A DNA stretch of 64,000 nucleotides from Moniliella sp. 'wahieum'. Taxonomy: Eukaryota. Under the pieces are notes generated by a model. The model had not been told where the DNA came from, did no database searches, and saw nothing but the letters and a program-made list of their open reading frames with translations. The position numbers were made by a program, and so were the translations under genes. Where the stretch lies: the NCBI GenBank assembly GCA_003971905.1, contig RSEE01000001.1, positions 620,001 to 684,000 on the forward strand, given 5' to 3'. Shown here piece by piece: positions 61,884 to 64,000 of the stretch; within the stretch, counting starts at the first letter, position 1, and the number at the start of each line of letters is the position of its first letter.

Positions 61884-62783
61884 GGCTATGCCGCCGCGCC
61901 AGAAGAGGGACGGAGGGGAGGAGAGGAGAGGAGAGGAGGTGGCAGGGAAGAGGAGGGTGGAGAGGAGGAGGCAGAAGTGGAGGAGCGCCGAGGGAGCGTG
62001 GCCGGTGGGGCGACAGCGACGGCCGCGGCGAAGCGTGACTGGAGGGTGATGCCTGAAACTGAGATCGACACGGCAGGACTCTGCGTCTCCTCCGCCCCAC
62101 CGCCCCCGGCGTTTGCTTCAGACTGCCGTGGTGCGTGCCGCTGGCATGCATGACAGCTGAGCGCTGACATGTCACAGGACGTGTGGCATGGCGCCACTAC
62201 GGCGTGCGCAGTAGGGTTGCGTTCGCCCTGGTCCGTCTGCAAGATTCCCGGCAGTCTGATTGCCACTCACACGGCACACTTGCCGCTAGGAGCACCACAA
62301 CCGGCACTCCCACCACCTCCCTCCCCGACCTGTGGTTCAGACCCACATCACAACTCTCAAAGTAGTGGGAGCAATGTATTGCTGGAATGACCTTAACGAT
62401 CCCCGTGACAGGAATGAATATACGCTGCTGTGGATTATACGCTGCTGAGTGAACAGCGTGCGTCAAAAAGGCAATAGACCCATAGGTTGCTTGGTTCCTC
62501 TCAGCGTATATGTTCATGCGAAAAGGGAGAAGAAACGCAGAGGGGGCAAGAAAGAAGGGGGAGCGACAGAGCGCAGAGGGAAGGATATACAGAAGAGAAT
62601 GTCTGTTGGGGATGAAGAACCCCATTATGAAAGAATGTGGAAAGTAATCCGAAAAGAGAGGTAATGAGGAGACGCTAACTGGCGACCCACATCCCAAAAC
62701 CCGTAACCAAAAACCAATAACGGTAGAGCACACGGACAGCATTTTGCAAGATACGAAGATGAGGAGAGCGATATGGCTCTAAG

Positions 62784-64000
62784 TTAGGGGTTGGACACGA
62801 CCAGGGGCGTATGCTCCTCCTGGTCCGATCCTGCCTCTGGGAAGGACAAGTTGGGCGACGGCTGCAGATCCCGCCCAGCTCCAGGAACATTGCTGAAGGA
62901 ATGGGTCATGCCATAGGGCGGCGAGAGATGGGCACCTTCATATCCATGTTCCGAATGGGCGTAAAGGTTGGCTGCATCCTGCCCTAGTTGAGAGGCTTGG
63001 TCGAGCCGGAAAGAAGAGCCGCGCAATTCACTCGGTCCTGTTGTTGGAATGGGGGAGGAGAGAGTGGCCGGGCCAGTCGCCGAGGAGCCCGTAGGATAAT
63101 AACCGACCACATCAGAGTAAGGGTATGCGTAGGGCGCGCTCCCACTCAGCGTGTTCTGGTGGCTCGAATGCCCGGCCGACTGGGATGCAGCCGTAGCGGC
63201 TGCTGCGACCGCGGCAGCCTCCTGGGCTCTCTGCTCCCGGAGTTCAGGCGGGTCCAAGTGTGAGTAATCTGGAGTGGCCAGGGGTAGTAGTGCGACTGGT
63301 CCGACACGCCAGCCAACTTGGGCGTGACACCATTGCTGGTAGCCGTCGCGCCATCCGCAAACGCCTCGTTCCCGCCTTCGTTTTGGTAGGGGCTCATCGC
63401 ACCGCCCGCAGCGCCATCCGCCAGGTCATCCTCGTCGGCGTAAAGGTTGGGCAAAGCGGCGTTGGTCATCTCGTGGGCGTCTTCCCGTCCAGGGTCGAAG
63501 GAGGGCCAGTTGACCCCGGCACCGTGGTTCAAGTCGGCTTTGTCTCCATACAATGGCCGCTTGCCGAAGCACAAAAAGTAAGCCGAGCCCGTGCGAGACT
63601 TGCGCCGACGCAACAAAAGGAGCAATAACAGCAGTAGTGTCAATGCTGCCACACCGCCGACCACTCCACCAACTGCCCCCCAATCAGGCCCCCATTGGGC
63701 CCACTTTTCTTGCCCCCGACGTATCCTGTCGAGGTAGCAGTGACGACGACCACCTTGGTCCCCGTAATCTGCCTCACTATCCCATCACTGGTAATGTCCG
63801 AGGTGTAAAGACTGAAGGAGCTGGAAAGGAAGGTAGCGGCTGTGGGGTGGCTCCCGGGCTTACTTGTACTCTCCAACACAGGTGTCGCCGTACTCTGAGC
63901 CCCGTTCGACGACACTGGCGAGCCGCTCACAAGGGCCGTTTGCGTTGACTCGACCACTGTCGTCTCCACCCCGCCAGACTGTGATGGAGTGAGGCCCGTG
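62784..64000 (-). CDS. Single-pass membrane protein with Ser/Thr-rich ectodomain (Mid2/Wsc-like architecture), 5'-partial
   Basis: S/T-rich stretch, then GGLIGG.VGGVVGGVAALTLLLLLLLLL followed by RRRKSR stop-transfer and a Tyr/Pro-containing cytoplasmic tail. Frameshifted. Confidence 0.7.

Noticed and set aside
10659..64000. Cell-wall gene cluster (ROT1, Crz1-like, FKS1, STE11, Mid2-like)
   Set aside because: The genes are spread over 50 kb among unrelated housekeeping genes; chance co-occurrence is sufficient.

Overview
GC-rich, intron-poor fungal genomic DNA, most likely a basidiomycete, inferred from the Crz1-, Ste11- and Med12-type proteins and short GT..CTAAC..AG introns. It appears to come from an unpolished long-read assembly: most long genes, including essential ones, carry single-base frameshifts. 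Recognisable genes are PNGase A-family amidase, ROT1, MED12/SRB8, NSA2 and DPH2 (head-to-head), an arrestin-like protein, a Crz1-like C2H2 factor, RAD23, FKS1, RPS26, a divergent nitrate transporter/nitrite reductase pair with no adjacent nitrate reductase, a zinc-ribbon protein, a bacterial-type SDR, a stand-alone I9 protease inhibitor, a STE11-type MAPKKK and a partial single-pass membrane protein. The window also holds three tRNAs (Thr-CGT, Gln-CTG, Asp-GTC), two copies of a 239-bp LTR (one 20 nt from a tRNA, with gag/protease remnants) and a ~310-bp (CCCCAT)n array. The most unusual signal is that upstream regions of many genes are filled with 7-bp-periodic arrays of many different A....T palindromic hexamers joined by T-N-A junctions, and the hexamer can switch while the array stays in register. 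Also notable are an intron that splits the RPS26 start codon (A|TG), a 4-nt microexon and an unidentified Pol III-like structured element. CDS ends are approximate where frameshifts or introns intervene.
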